Below, piece after piece: positions 10,130-20,777 of a DNA stretch of 64,000 nt. Location of the stretch: assembly GCA_963664405.1 (NCBI GenBank), contig OY761158.1:6304001-6368000 (forward strand), read 5' to 3'. This stretch comes from Thermoanaerobaculia bacterium. GTDB taxonomy: Bacteria > Acidobacteriota > Thermoanaerobaculia > Multivoradales > Multivoraceae. Position numbers and translations under genes: made by a program. Within the stretch, counting starts at the first letter, position 1. Each line of letters starts with the position of its first letter. A model generated the notes under the pieces. That model was not told the DNA's origin. It searched no databases and saw only the letters and a list, made by a program, of their open reading frames with translations.

Positions 10130-11413
10130 ATGTTGTCAGAGAGTCGAGATCGAGAGCGCAAACTGTGGAGGCGCCGAACCTTCCTCTTCTCTCTACTCTC
10201 TATGTCGTTTGCTCGTCGCCGTGCCCTGTCGCTGGAGCTCGATGGAGCGGAAGAGAGCGACACAGAGAGAGGCCGGAAACTCTCCCAGGCCGTTCATAGT
10301 GCCGTCGGACGGGGAGAGCTCGCAGGGGGCAGTCTGGTTGTGCTCCACCACGGCGAGGCCGTCGTCAGCGAAGCCTTCGGCTTTGCCGATCTGGAGTCGA
10401 GAAGGCCGTTCACCGTCGACCAACTCTGCTATATCGCGTCGCTTACGAAGCCTGTGGTTGCCACTCTCTTCGCCATTCTCGACCACCAGGGAGTCGTTTC
10501 GCTGGACGACCCGATCGCGAAATGGCTGCCGGAGTTCCGCAATGTCAAGGTGCGTGGCGAGACGGCGCCGGCCCAGCCTCTTCGCCTATGGCATCTGCTC
10601 TGTCAGCGCTCCGGGCTTCCGGGCAACCGGGATCCCGGTGCTATCCGTTCCTATCGACAGCTGCCCGCGCCAGGGCAGGCGCCCTCCTCTCGTCAAGGTG
10701 CAGAAGATCGGATCTCTTTCGGTCAACCCGCCTCGCTTGCGGAGATCGTCAGTGGTTGGGCTAGCGGAGGCCTTTTCGCCGAGCCCGGCACACGCTTCTC
10801 GTGAGGAAGCGCCGGTTCTCTCGCCGCGGCGAGAGTCGCGGAAGTCGCGACTGGGCAGGGGTTCGAGGCACTCACGAGAGAGATCCTGCTTGATCCTCTT
10901 GGCATGGACCACACTACCTACCGCCCGAGCCAATCTCAGCTCGAACGCCTACCGCGTTCTTACCTCCGAACGCCGGACGGTCTAGAGCTGGAGCGGCGCG
11001 GCGTTCCGTGGATCGAGAAGGACGGTTTGATCAATCCCGGTGGGGGACTGTTCTCGACAACTGAAGACATGGGCAGGTTTTTCCTGCTGCACAACCAGCG
11101 AGGCGTCATCGACGGCCGGCGACTGGTGTCCGAAGCAGCTCTCGCCCGCCTGTACCGCCTTCCGGCTGCTCTGGCCGATCAGTCGGCTCCGGACGTCAGC
11201 TACGGTCGGAGTCAGGAGGAGGGCCCTTACGGATTGGGCTGGAATCTCGCGCCGGACCGGAGCTGGGTCCGTCACTTGGGGGCCATCGGCTCGCTCGGGT
11301 GGGTCGACCTGCGTGTTCCCTGCGCCGGTGTCTTTCTGAGCGGCACTCCCTGGGACGGCGACAAGCGACTGGCCGACGAACTGATCGAGCAGACCCGGAG
11401 CACTTTCTCCTGA
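10130..11413 (+). CDS. Tat-exported serine hydrolase (beta-lactamase/family VIII esterase fold) with in-frame TGA at 10802-10804; candidate selenoprotein or pseudogene
   Basis: RRRTFL Tat motif and SxxK (ASLTK). ORFs 9983-10804 and 10904-11413 are in one frame and read PGTRFS*GSAGSLAAARVAEVATG...LLDPLGM. GGGLFST and HLG motifs follow. Confidence 0.8.
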
Positions 11414-11423
11414 GGAGTAGCCT

Positions 11424-12698
11424 ATGGTCTCTACACGTCTCTACCCCATTCCGCTATCGCTCTTCCTGTGCTTGGCGATTGTGCTCGGCGCTGTGCCTCT
11501 TGGGCTCGCCGGCGCCGCGGAACCTGCGGTCGACGAGTGGCCGCAGTTCGGAGGGCCCACGCGAGACTTTCGTATCAGCGGTGAGCTCGCTGAGTTTTCG
11601 TCCGACGGACCCCGCGAGATTTGGAGGCGCCAGCTGGGAGAGGGGTACTCCAGTGTCGCGGTGGCCGACGGCGTGCTTTACACGATGCTGCGCGACGGCG
11701 GCGACGAGCTCATCGTCGCTCTGGACGCAGACAGCGGTACCACTCTGTGGGAGCACCGCTACGCGGAGCCGGTGCCGGAGTGGGTGCTGGTGAATCAGGG
11801 GACGGGTCCCCACAGTACGCCGCTGATTCTGTCCGATCGCCTCTTCGTCGTCGGGGTGCGCGGGGCTTTCTTCTGCCTCGACCGTGCCAGCGGCAAAGTG
11901 CTGTGGCGACGCGAGTTGGTCGACGAGCTTGGAGGCACCAGGGACGACCGCGGCTACGCCTCGAGCCCTCTGGCCTTCGAGGGTCTGGTGATCGTGCCGG
12001 TGGGAGGGGAGGGCAGAGCCCTGGTCGCGTTTACCCAGAGTGACGGCGTGGAGGTATGGAGGTCGGGTGACTTCGAGGCGGCGCCGGCCTCGCCCGCTCT
12101 GATCGAGCTCGATGGCCAGACTCAGTTGGTCGCGTTTGTGTCCGAAGCCGTCGCAGGTTTCATCCCTCGATCGGGAGAGCTCCTCTGGCAGCACCCTCAC
12201 GAAGGGAAGGGCAACCGCCACATAAACACACCCCTCTGGTGCGGCGCCGGCCGACTCTTCGTTACTTCGTCGTGGGGCGGCGGTAGCCGTCTGCTGCAGC
12301 TCGAGCGTAGCGGGAGCTCGACCGAGGTCGACGAGCTCTGGTTCACCAACGAAGTGCGGGTTGCATTCAGCAATGTAGTGCGTCGCGGCGACCTTCTCTT
12401 CGGCTCTAGCGGCGAGACCACGGCACCTCTCGCCGCGGTGGAGATCGCGACCGGCGAGGTGGTTTGGCGCGACCGAAGCTTCGGCCGTGCCAATCTGGTC
12501 GAGGCTGGTGGGCGCACCCTTCTCTTTGACGAGCACGGTGTGCTGGCGCTGGTGACTCTCTCGCGAGACGGCCTCGAGGTCCACTCGCAGAAGAAAATCG
12601 TCGACGAGCTGGTGAGAACACCGCCTACCGTGGTCGGCAGTCGGGTGTACATCCGAACCCGTACCCAGCTGGTGGCGCTCGACCTCTCCGCCGATTGA
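11424..12698 (+). CDS. PQQ-like beta-propeller repeat protein (exported)
   Basis: Signal peptide, WPQFGGP, GEGYSS; repeated LDAxSGxxLW blades. Confidence 0.88.
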   Translation: MVSTRLYPIPLSLFLCLAIVLGAVPLGLAGAAEPAVDEWPQFGGPTRDFRISGELAEFSSDGPREIWRRQLGEGYSSVAVADGVLYTMLRDGGDELIVALDADSGTTLWEHRYAEPVPEWVLVNQGTGPHSTPLILSDRLFVVGVRGAFFCLDRASGKVLWRRELVDELGGTRDDRGYASSPLAFEGLVIVPVGGEGRALVAFTQSDGVEVWRSGDFEAAPASPALIELDGQTQLVAFVSEAVAGFIPRSGELLWQHPHEGKGNRHINTPLWCGAGRLFVTSSWGGGSRLLQLERSGSSTEVDELWFTNEVRVAFSNVVRRGDLLFGSSGETTAPLAAVEIATGEVVWRDRSFGRANLVEAGGRTLLFDEHGVLALVTLSRDGLEVHSQKKIVDELVRTPPTVVGSRVYIRTRTQLVALDLSAD

Positions 12699-12762
12699 GG
12701 GGAACGGCGCCGGATGGGTTCTTCGACGGACTCGAGAGGATTGAATCGCTTCATGCAAGTGC

Positions 12763-12792
12763 TTGACTCCAGATGTTCCAGGGCGCTAGAGT
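12763..12792 (+). promoter_or_regulatory. Putative sigma70 promoter TTGACT-N18-TAGAGT
   Basis: Upstream of the selenoprotein gene; related copy at 45540-45569. Confidence 0.5.
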
Positions 12793-12837
12793 GGCCGTCG
12801 AGGCGACTCCGGAAAAACTGAAATGAGGTACTTCGCT

Positions 12838-14067
12838 ATGGAAGCATGGATGGCAGAAAATACGCGACTGTCGCTGCTAACGCAGCTCATTGCAGCCGCT
12901 GCACTCCTCTCCTCGATCGTCATCTCGGGGGCCGAGGCTAAGGACGGCCCATCGAAGGTGCGGGGTGCCCATGAAGGCATGGCCGCGGACGAGAAGACCG
13001 ACGACCTGGGTATCACGGTGCCACCGGCACCGGTCAGCCACCCCGGGCGGCGATATCCAGCTACAAATGAGTTCCCAACCGGTCCCGAAGTGGGGGAGCG
13101 CCTGCCCGAATTCTCGCTCCCGAATCAGAGCGGAGAGATCATTGATTTCCATAAGGATCGGGGCGACTCCAAGGCCATCGTGGTCTTTTATCGTTCCGTT
13201 GTTTGGTGACCGTACTGCCGCACGCAACTGGTCGAGTTGCACAACAGAATGGAAGATCTCGCTACGGACAACGTCAAGGTTTATGGCATTAGTTACGACT
13301 CCGAATCCAGCCTCACAGATTTCGTGGATAAGTACGATCTGAGTTACGACCTCCTCTCTGATGTCGATTCAGAGGTGATCAAGAAGTTCGGCATCCTCAA
13401 TACCCTGATTACTCCCGAAGACCCAGAGAAGCATCCCCAGACGGGGAAGGTTCTCTACGGCGTGCCCTTTCCGGGCGTCTACGTCACCGATGAGTCCGGC
13501 GTGGTTACGGAGAAGTTCTTCTACCGCCACTATGCCAGCCGAGCGTCCGCCGGGTCGATCGTCGACTCCACTCTCGGAGAGGTGCTGATGCCGAAAGAAG
13601 CGCCCAACGACTCGCTGCGTAACGATCAGGTCAAGATCACCGCTTTCTTGGCGGATGAGTCACTGAAGTTCGAGTATCAGAGCGTGCTTCATGTGCGTCT
13701 CGAGCTGGAAGAAGGCCTGCATGTCTACGGCGGTGATCTTCCGGAGGGCTATTTCGCAACAACGGCCAACGTCGATGAGACCAAGGGCCTACGAGTCGGG
13801 ACCCTGTCTTATCCGCCCACGACTCCGAAGACCTTCGAGGCTTTGGGCGTCACACTGGATACCTACGAGGGCGTTGTCGACATCGCCGTGCCGGTGTCGT
13901 TGACCTCTGAAGTCATGAATTGGACTATTCGCGACAAGCCGGAATTCATCGATATCCCGGTGACGGTCGACTATCAGGCTTGTAGCGAGACGGTATGTTA
14001 CAGACCCAAGTCGGAAACCCTGATGGTCAGAGCTCCGGTCACTGCACTCAGTATGCCTGGGCGCTAG
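12838..14067 (+). CDS. Selenoprotein: signal peptide + AhpC/TSA (peroxiredoxin-like) domain with UxxC + C-terminal DsbD-N-like domain
   Basis: ORFs 12823-13209 and 13237-14067 are in frame. TGA 13207-13209 gives FYRSVVW-U-PYC-RTQL; C-terminal YQACSETVCY; SECIS-like hairpin follows. Confidence 0.92.
13224..13240 (+). promoter_or_regulatory. Bacterial SECIS-like hairpin GCAACT-GGTCG-AGTTGC
   Basis: Loop starts with GG, 20 nt after the UGA; identical in the paralogue at 26051-26067. Confidence 0.8.
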
Positions 14068-14091
14068 CCGTAGCTCTTCGCCTGAGATCCC

Positions 14092-14724
14092 ATGGTAATC
14101 GCCACACGAAGGGACACCAAGTCAGCGATCATGGACTCTGCCGAGCTCCTGATGGCGGAGCATGGGATCAATGGCGTTTCACTCCGAGAGATTCTGCGCC
14201 AGGCCAACGCCAACCCGGCCGCGTTGAACTATCACTTCAACTCCAAGGAAGGCTTGATTCACTCCATTCTCGATCGGCGTGGCCATGACATCCGAGTGCG
14301 TCGCATGGAATTGCTTCGGACCTTGGAAGGTAGCGAAAGCACACCGACTGTAGCCGGCCTGATCGACGCTATCGTCGATCCGCTGCTCGAGTTCCTATAT
14401 CAGGAGGGCGAGCCAGGCAGGCGCTTTCTGCGTTTCCTTGCACGCCTACACTCCGACCGCACGGGAGTTATCTACCGAATGGAGAGAGAAGAGTTCCCGG
14501 AAATGGTGTCGAGTATCGAAAGAGTGCTCTCAACCGCTTCTCCTCACCTTCCCAAGAGAGAGCGACGGCTCCGCATGGATATGGTGCTGGATACGATGTA
14601 CCAGTCTTTGGGGAATGCGGATGTGATGTCTGAAGATTGGCTTAATAACGACCACCACCCGCATCTCGATGAGCATATTTCGGTATTGAAGCGTTTTCTT
14701 TGTGGAGGCCTTTCGGCACCTTGA
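14092..14724 (+). CDS. TetR-family transcriptional regulator
   Basis: N-terminal HTH (GVSLREI...ALNYHFNSKEGL). Confidence 0.9.
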   Translation: MVIATRRDTKSAIMDSAELLMAEHGINGVSLREILRQANANPAALNYHFNSKEGLIHSILDRRGHDIRVRRMELLRTLEGSESTPTVAGLIDAIVDPLLEFLYQEGEPGRRFLRFLARLHSDRTGVIYRMEREEFPEMVSSIERVLSTASPHLPKRERRLRMDMVLDTMYQSLGNADVMSEDWLNNDHHPHLDEHISVLKRFLCGGLSAP

Positions 14725-14752
14725 TGATGAATTCGGAAGAGGAGCGAGAACA

Positions 14753-15244
14753 ATGAGTCGATCGACTGACACGGACACAAGACGCGAATTCTTCAAAGCC
14801 TCGGCGACAGTCGCTGGCGCGGCAGCCGTTGCAACGTTGCTTGGTAGTGAATCGGCTCAGGCGCACGAAGTCGAGTTGAATGCGATAGGAGCGACTCCGG
14901 AGCAGTTCGAGGCGTTCATGGCTCTTCCGAGTGGTCCTGTTTGTATGGTAAATCTCCTCAAGTACAAGGAGGGCGCGAGGGCCGAGTACGGCAAGTACGG
15001 CGTCGAAGTCTCGAAGCTCCTCAAGGCCAACGGAAGCGAGCTCGTTTTCTCAGGGGAATGCAAGGCGACCCTGGTTGGCGGCGCCACCTGGGACAGCGTT
15101 GCGATTGTCCGTTATCCCGACAAGACGACCCTGATAGAGATGGTGCAGTCGCCGGAGTACCAGGCGATTCACCACCATCGAGAATCGGGTCTCGAAGGGC
15201 AGATCAATCTTGCCGTCTTCGAAAATGTACGGCCTTCCAAGTAG
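14753..15244 (+). CDS. Tat-exported DUF1330-like protein
   Basis: TRREFFK Tat signal; MVNLLKY, WDSVAIVRYP, YQAIHHHR. Confidence 0.8.
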   Translation: MSRSTDTDTRREFFKASATVAGAAAVATLLGSESAQAHEVELNAIGATPEQFEAFMALPSGPVCMVNLLKYKEGARAEYGKYGVEVSKLLKANGSELVFSGECKATLVGGATWDSVAIVRYPDKTTLIEMVQSPEYQAIHHHRESGLEGQINLAVFENVRPSK

Positions 15245-15283
15245 CCTGTAATTCAAGACATCACAACGTCGAGGTAGCGCACA

Positions 15284-16237
15284 ATGTCTATACAGACACC
15301 GCTTTGCAAGATTCTCGGTATCGAACACCCCATTATCCTGGGCGGAATGATGGGGCAGAGCAATGGAAGACTGACTGCAGCGGTCTCGAACGCCGGAGGA
15401 CTCGGAACCCTCTCGAGCGCGACCTTCGGTCTGGAGGGCTCCCGCGAGCAGATGACCCAGTTGCTCGAGCTCACAAACAATCCCTACTCCGTAAACCTTC
15501 CCCTCTTTCATCCGATGATTCCGGATCTGATCACCTTGCTACCCGAATTCGGGGTCAAGATCGTGACGACCTCGGCGGGCAGTCCGGCAAAGTACACCGA
15601 CATTCTGAAGGACATGGGTATCTATGTGATCCATGTGATCTCGTCGGTCCGGACGGCCTTGAAATCCGAGGATGCCGGTGTCGATGCGCTCGTCGCGGAA
15701 GGCAGCGAGTCCGGAGGCAAGGTCGCGAAGATTGAAGTGCCGACCATCTCGTTGTTACCTCAAGTCGTCGAGCGGGTGCAGATCCCGGTGATCGCCGCGG
15801 GCGGCTTCGCGGACGGGAGCGGGTTGCTGGCGGCGTTGGCGATGGGGGCGCAAGGTGTGCAGATGGGGACTCGCTTCATCGCCTCGGAAGAGGCGCCGGC
15901 TCACGCAAACTGGAAGCAGGTGCTGGTCGATGTTGATGATTCAGCGACCGCGATCGCATGCCGCAATTCGTCGCCAACGAGGCTGGTGAGGAACGACTTT
16001 TTCGCCGAGCTGGATGCGCTGGACGAGCCGGGCAAGACCGCGATGGACTTCATGCCCGTTATGGGAATCGGAGCGAAGCGAATTCCGGACGATGTGGACG
16101 GTACGAAGGGCAACTACACGGCCGGAACCGGCTCAGGTCTGATTCGCGAAGTGCTTCCGGCGGGCGATATTGTCCGTCACATTATGGAAGAGGCCGAGCA
16201 GGCAATGGAGCGGGTGCAGCAGGTCTTCGTAAACTGA
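15284..16237 (+). CDS. Nitronate monooxygenase / FabK-like flavoprotein
   Basis: PIILGGM, AVSNAGGLG, PVIAAGGFADG, GVQMGTRF. Confidence 0.9.
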   Translation: MSIQTPLCKILGIEHPIILGGMMGQSNGRLTAAVSNAGGLGTLSSATFGLEGSREQMTQLLELTNNPYSVNLPLFHPMIPDLITLLPEFGVKIVTTSAGSPAKYTDILKDMGIYVIHVISSVRTALKSEDAGVDALVAEGSESGGKVAKIEVPTISLLPQVVERVQIPVIAAGGFADGSGLLAALAMGAQGVQMGTRFIASEEAPAHANWKQVLVDVDDSATAIACRNSSPTRLVRNDFFAELDALDEPGKTAMDFMPVMGIGAKRIPDDVDGTKGNYTAGTGSGLIREVLPAGDIVRHIMEEAEQAMERVQQVFVN

Positions 16238-16278
16238 GTCTCTCAGCAGGTAGGAGGACATGGAGTATGCCCGCAAAG

Positions 16279-16590
16279 GGTACTGTCAAGTTGACCGCTC
16301 GGCTGGCAGAGTTACAATCGGGCTGAGGTGTCGCACCAGCCGACCCGACAGCGGGAACGCCAGATGCGGAGGTTCAAATCCGCCGGACAAGCTCAACGCT
16401 TCTTGTCGGTCCATGGAGTCGTCGGGAACCTGTTTCGAGTGGGCCGTCATCTGGTGCGCTCCACTCACCACCGAGAACTACGAGAGCGTTCCTTCCTCGT
16501 TTGGCGACAGGAGACGTGCGTCTGCTGAACTCGGAATCAAGGCTCGTCCGCGGCACAAGCTCGCACCGGCAGGATTAACTTGACAGTGCC
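16279..16590 (+). mobile_element. Internally deleted IS6-family element (MITE-like)
   Basis: IRs GGTACTGTCAAGTT / AACTTGACAGTGCC; retains only the transposase C-terminus (SHQPTRQRERQMRRFKS). Confidence 0.85.
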
Positions 16591-16632
16591 CTGGGAGAGT
16601 CTGGCGCTGAGTAACCATTGGGAGGGGAGTCG

Positions 16633-18441
16633 ATGAGAAGAGTCCGCATTGCCGCGCTGACGATCAGCGCATTGGCTGCCACCTATGCAGGTGCGGAGCG
16701 AAACGCCTACTTCGGCGATCTACACATCCATACGCAGTTTTCGATGGACGCGTTCACCTTCGGCACCCGCTCGACACCCGACGACGCCTACCGCTATGCC
16801 CGCGGCGAAGCCATCAAACACCCCGGCGGCTTCGATATCCAGCTCGATCGCCCGCTCGATTTCTACGCCGTCACCGACCACGGTTACTTTCTCGGCAGAT
16901 GGGTGGCGATGACGGATCCTGATCATCCGCTCCACAATGACCCCGAAGCCCGTCCCTATCTCGATTCGCACACCGGAACCCTCCTCACCGGGCGAGGTCT
17001 GAGTCCCGCTACCGCCAGGGCGTATCTCCAGGCCCATCCCGACCCGGGTGCCTCCCGCCCGGCCTGGAGGGAGACCATCGCTTCGGCGGAGAGAAACTAC
17101 GAGCCGGGCAAGCTGACGACGTTCATCGGCTATGAATTTACGTCATCGCACCCCGACGGCGGAAATCAACATCGCAACGTCATTTTCCGCGGCTCGAAAG
17201 CGCCAGATCTGCCTTTCACTCGACTCGACTCGCCGAACCCGGAGGATCTCTGGGATTGGCTCGATGGCTTGCGAGCGCAGGGCATCGAAGCGCTGGCGAT
17301 TCCTCACAACTCGAACCAGAGCGCCGGCCATAAGTTCGCGCTCCAGCAGGAGTCGGGCGAGCCCTTCGACGCGGCGTACGCCCGGATGCGGATGCGCAAT
17401 GAGCCACTCGTCGAGGTGACACAGATCAAGGGCACCTCGGAGACAAACCCCTTGCTCTCTCCCAACGACGAGTGGGCCGAGTTCGGGATCGAGTACATTG
17501 CCGGCGAGAGCTCGAACCTAGAGAAGGTACGTGGCAGCTATGTACGCGACGCCTACCTGGCCGGTCTCGGGTTCGAGGAGAACGAGGGCTTCAACCCCTA
17601 CCGCTTCGGGATGATCGGCTCGAGCGACGGCCATAACGCGGGCTCGGCCTTCGAGGAGTCGAAATTCTTCAGCAAGCGCGGGCTCTACGATGGCAAACCG
17701 GAGCAGCGCGGGTCGGTTCCCCCGGGGGGTGCGAAGACCTGGGATGACGCCGCATTAACCCGGGGAGGCTTTGCCAGGTTTGCGACCTGGGGCGCCTCCG
17801 GCTTGGCCGGGGTATGGGCCGAGGAGAACACGCGCGAATCGATCTACGACGCCCTCCGCCGCAAAGAGACCTTCGCCACCACCGGACCGCGCATCCGAGT
17901 GCGCTTCTTCGGCAGCTATGAGTTCGGCGACGATGCGCTCGAGAGCAGCGATCTCATGGCCAAGGCCTACGAGCACGGTGTGCCGATGGGCGCCGACCTC
18001 CCAGCTCGGCGGCGTGGCGCGCCGCAATTCCTCGTTTGGGCGGTGCAGGACCCCGAGTCCGCCAAGCTCCAGCGTGTGCAGGTGATCAAGGGCTGGATCG
18101 AGAACGGCGAGTCGAAGGAGCGGGTCTACGATGTCGCCTGCTCGGACGGTCTCGAGGTCGACCCCACAACCCATCGCTGCCCTGAGAACGGCGCCGAGGT
18201 GAATCTCGCCGACTGCAGTGTCAGCGCCGACGTCGGTTCAGCGCAGCTCAGAACACTGTGGACCGATCCTGAGTTCGACCGAGGGCAACGTGCTTTCTAC
18301 TACGTGCGCGCCTTGGAGAATCCAACTTGCCGCTGGTCCACCTGGGATGCACTGCGTGCGGGCACGCCGCCTCGACCCGGTCTTGCGCTAACCCTTCAGG
18401 AGCGCGCCTATTCGTCTCCCATTTGGTTGATACCGCGATAG
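16633..18441 (+). CDS. DUF3604-like exported PHP-type metallohydrolase, copy 1
   Basis: Signal peptide; GDLHIHT, TDH, HRNV, IPHNSN, DGH, QERAYSSPIW. Confidence 0.85.
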   Translation: MRRVRIAALTISALAATYAGAERNAYFGDLHIHTQFSMDAFTFGTRSTPDDAYRYARGEAIKHPGGFDIQLDRPLDFYAVTDHGYFLGRWVAMTDPDHPLHNDPEARPYLDSHTGTLLTGRGLSPATARAYLQAHPDPGASRPAWRETIASAERNYEPGKLTTFIGYEFTSSHPDGGNQHRNVIFRGSKAPDLPFTRLDSPNPEDLWDWLDGLRAQGIEALAIPHNSNQSAGHKFALQQESGEPFDAAYARMRMRNEPLVEVTQIKGTSETNPLLSPNDEWAEFGIEYIAGESSNLEKVRGSYVRDAYLAGLGFEENEGFNPYRFGMIGSSDGHNAGSAFEESKFFSKRGLYDGKPEQRGSVPPGGAKTWDDAALTRGGFARFATWGASGLAGVWAEENTRESIYDALRRKETFATTGPRIRVRFFGSYEFGDDALESSDLMAKAYEHGVPMGADLPARRRGAPQFLVWAVQDPESAKLQRVQVIKGWIENGESKERVYDVACSDGLEVDPTTHRCPENGAEVNLADCSVSADVGSAQLRTLWTDPEFDRGQRAFYYVRALENPTCRWSTWDALRAGTPPRPGLALTLQERAYSSPIWLIPR

Positions 18442-18520
18442 GCACAGAGCGGGTGGGACGCTGCTAACGCTAATCCGGATTTGCAAGCAGAGGGCCGGTC
18501 AACTGGTACGCGTCACCGCG

Positions 18521-20551
18521 TTGAGCGTGTTCGTGATCAGCCCGTCACACGACGACGTGTCGGCGCAAGGGCAAGCTGCGCCACGCAACGCGGTCTCGAC
18601 GGGAGAGCTCTTGATCGAGCCGCCGACGCTGATCAACCTCGGCTTCGAATGGTTCATCCAGGGCGACGACAACCGGAACGCCATGGTGGAGGTCTGGTAT
18701 CGCGAGCAGGGCGAGACGAGTTGGTCGTCGGCGCTCCCACTCCTGCGCCTCCAAGGTGAGCGGATCTCCCAGGGAGCGCTGTTCGACGTCGTCGCTCCGA
18801 ACATGTTCGCCGGGAGCATCCTCGATTTGGAGCCTGACACGGACTATCAGGCGCGGTTCGTGATGACCGATCCTGATGGCGTGATCGGGGAGGCCAGCAA
18901 AACCGTGACCGTGCGGACGCGTGCCGAGCCGGTCCCCTCCGAGGAGGGGAGGGTGTTTCACGTCTATCCCCGTGGTTTCGAGGGTACCAGGCTCGAGCCG
19001 TCATTCGCGGGGCTGATGTGCGCGTACAACTCCTCATGTGGTGGCGGGGACGGCGCCACGGCTGGGCGTCCGCGGGTGCGCCCGGGCGACATCGTCCTCG
19101 TGCACGCCGGCCTCTACAAGAACAACCGCTACGAGTACGGCCAAGCCGGTGGCACGTTCCCGTACGAGGGCACGTATTTCCTGACCGCCGACGGCACGCC
19201 TGCGAGGCCGATTGCCATCAAAGCCGCCGGTGACGGCGAAGTCATCTTCGACGGCGACGGCGGCTTCGCCCTCTTCAACGTCATGGCGGCCGACTATACC
19301 TACTTCGAGGGCATCACGTTTCGTAACACGGAGTTCGCCATCTGGGCCGGCCAGCAGCTCATCGCGGGGGCGAAGGGGCTCTCCGTCAAGCACTCCCGTT
19401 TCGAGGATGTGGGGGCCGGTGTCTTCACCAACTATTCGGGCTCGAGCGGCTTCTACATCGCCGACAACTGGTTCTACGGCCGCAACAACCCAGAGCGCCT
19501 GATCGGCTGGTCCGACGCGCAGCTCTGGGGGCAGTTTGACGGCATCGCCGGTCAGGTCCATCCCCCCGTCATGGCCTCCTACGTGGCGGTGAAGCTCTAC
19601 GGACCCGGGCACGTCGTGGCCTACAACTACATCGCGGACTTCCACGACGGGATCGATGTGGAGACCTACGGAAATCCCGACGGAATCGTCGCGACCGGAC
19701 CGGGGGAGCCCGAGGGTCCCAAGTATCCGCCGCGGGAGTACTGGGACCGGCGCCCGGTCGCGATCGACTTCTACAACAACTACATCACCAACTCCCACGA
19801 CAACCCGATCGAGACCGACGGGAGTATGCACAACGTGCGGGTGCTCCGGAACATGTTCATCAACCACGCCTCGCACGCGTTCTGCAGTCAACCGGTCCTC
19901 GGAGGACCCGTCTACTGGATTCGGAACATCGCCTACAACCTCCCTGGCGGCTCGAGCCGTTTCTTTGGCGCCTCCGGCGTTGTGTTCTACAACAACACCA
20001 TCCTGTCTGAGACGACCGGGACGGTGCAGAACACACATTGGCGGAACAATCTGATTCTGGGGCAGAACGCGCCATCCGACTTTCGACGGCAGCGTTCGAA
20101 TCTGTTCGGGATCACGACGTTCACGAACTACACCTCGTCGGACTACAACGGCTTCGGCCCCGCGCCCGACACCAGGATGCCGTTTCGATGGGAGAGTCCG
20201 CCGTTCGACGTGGTCGCCGATTTCCGGACCCCGAATCACACCCCGGCGCTCGAGTTGCGGGAGTTCGCGACGCTCGAGGAATACAGCGAGGCGACCGGAC
20301 AGGACCGGAACAGTGTCCAAGTGGGATACGACGTGTTCATGAACGTGCCCCGACTCGATGCCCGGAAGGTGAGCACGCTCCAGAACCTCTACGATGCGGA
20401 GGATCTCGATTTTCGGTTGAGATCAGGCTCGGCTGCCGTCGACCGGGGGATGGTGCTGCCGTCGGTGACCGATGGCTTCACAGGGAGCGCGCCCGACCTC
20501 GGGGCGTTGGAGGTCGGTGGCGCCGCACCGCACTACGGGCCTCGCGATTAG
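18521..20551 (+). CDS. Right-handed beta-helix (pectin-lyase-like) exported protein; start uncertain
   Basis: EPPTLINLGFEW N-terminus; parallel beta-helix repeats; APDLGALE C-terminus. Confidence 0.7.
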   Translation: MSVFVISPSHDDVSAQGQAAPRNAVSTGELLIEPPTLINLGFEWFIQGDDNRNAMVEVWYREQGETSWSSALPLLRLQGERISQGALFDVVAPNMFAGSILDLEPDTDYQARFVMTDPDGVIGEASKTVTVRTRAEPVPSEEGRVFHVYPRGFEGTRLEPSFAGLMCAYNSSCGGGDGATAGRPRVRPGDIVLVHAGLYKNNRYEYGQAGGTFPYEGTYFLTADGTPARPIAIKAAGDGEVIFDGDGGFALFNVMAADYTYFEGITFRNTEFAIWAGQQLIAGAKGLSVKHSRFEDVGAGVFTNYSGSSGFYIADNWFYGRNNPERLIGWSDAQLWGQFDGIAGQVHPPVMASYVAVKLYGPGHVVAYNYIADFHDGIDVETYGNPDGIVATGPGEPEGPKYPPREYWDRRPVAIDFYNNYITNSHDNPIETDGSMHNVRVLRNMFINHASHAFCSQPVLGGPVYWIRNIAYNLPGGSSRFFGASGVVFYNNTILSETTGTVQNTHWRNNLILGQNAPSDFRRQRSNLFGITTFTNYTSSDYNGFGPAPDTRMPFRWESPPFDVVADFRTPNHTPALELREFATLEEYSEATGQDRNSVQVGYDVFMNVPRLDARKVSTLQNLYDAEDLDFRLRSGSAAVDRGMVLPSVTDGFTGSAPDLGALEVGGAAPHYGPRD

Positions 20552-20591
20552 CTCAGAAAAGAGGAGGTCGTCCATGCCTGAGAGAACTGGA

Positions 20592-20636
20592 GGGCAGAAT
20601 GTTCGGCTGGCACCTTGGCAGCCGAAGGCTGCCGGG
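20592..20636 (+). repeat. 45-bp hairpin repeat R1 (family also at 22374-22418, 24630-24650, 28037-28077, 28255-28288, 32458-32502)
   Basis: GGGCAGAATGTTCGGCTGGCACCTTGGCAGCC-GAA-GGCTGCCGGG. Confidence 0.85.
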
Positions 20637-20777
20637 GGATCTGTTTTGAGGAGCGACGGGCTGCAAGGAGAGCAGAAGAAACAGCAAGTGATCTACAGCT
20701 TCTCTTGAATGTAATTCCCGCATAACGAACGATAATTTAGACAAAAACGTACTATACGGACTATAATAGTGGACGTT

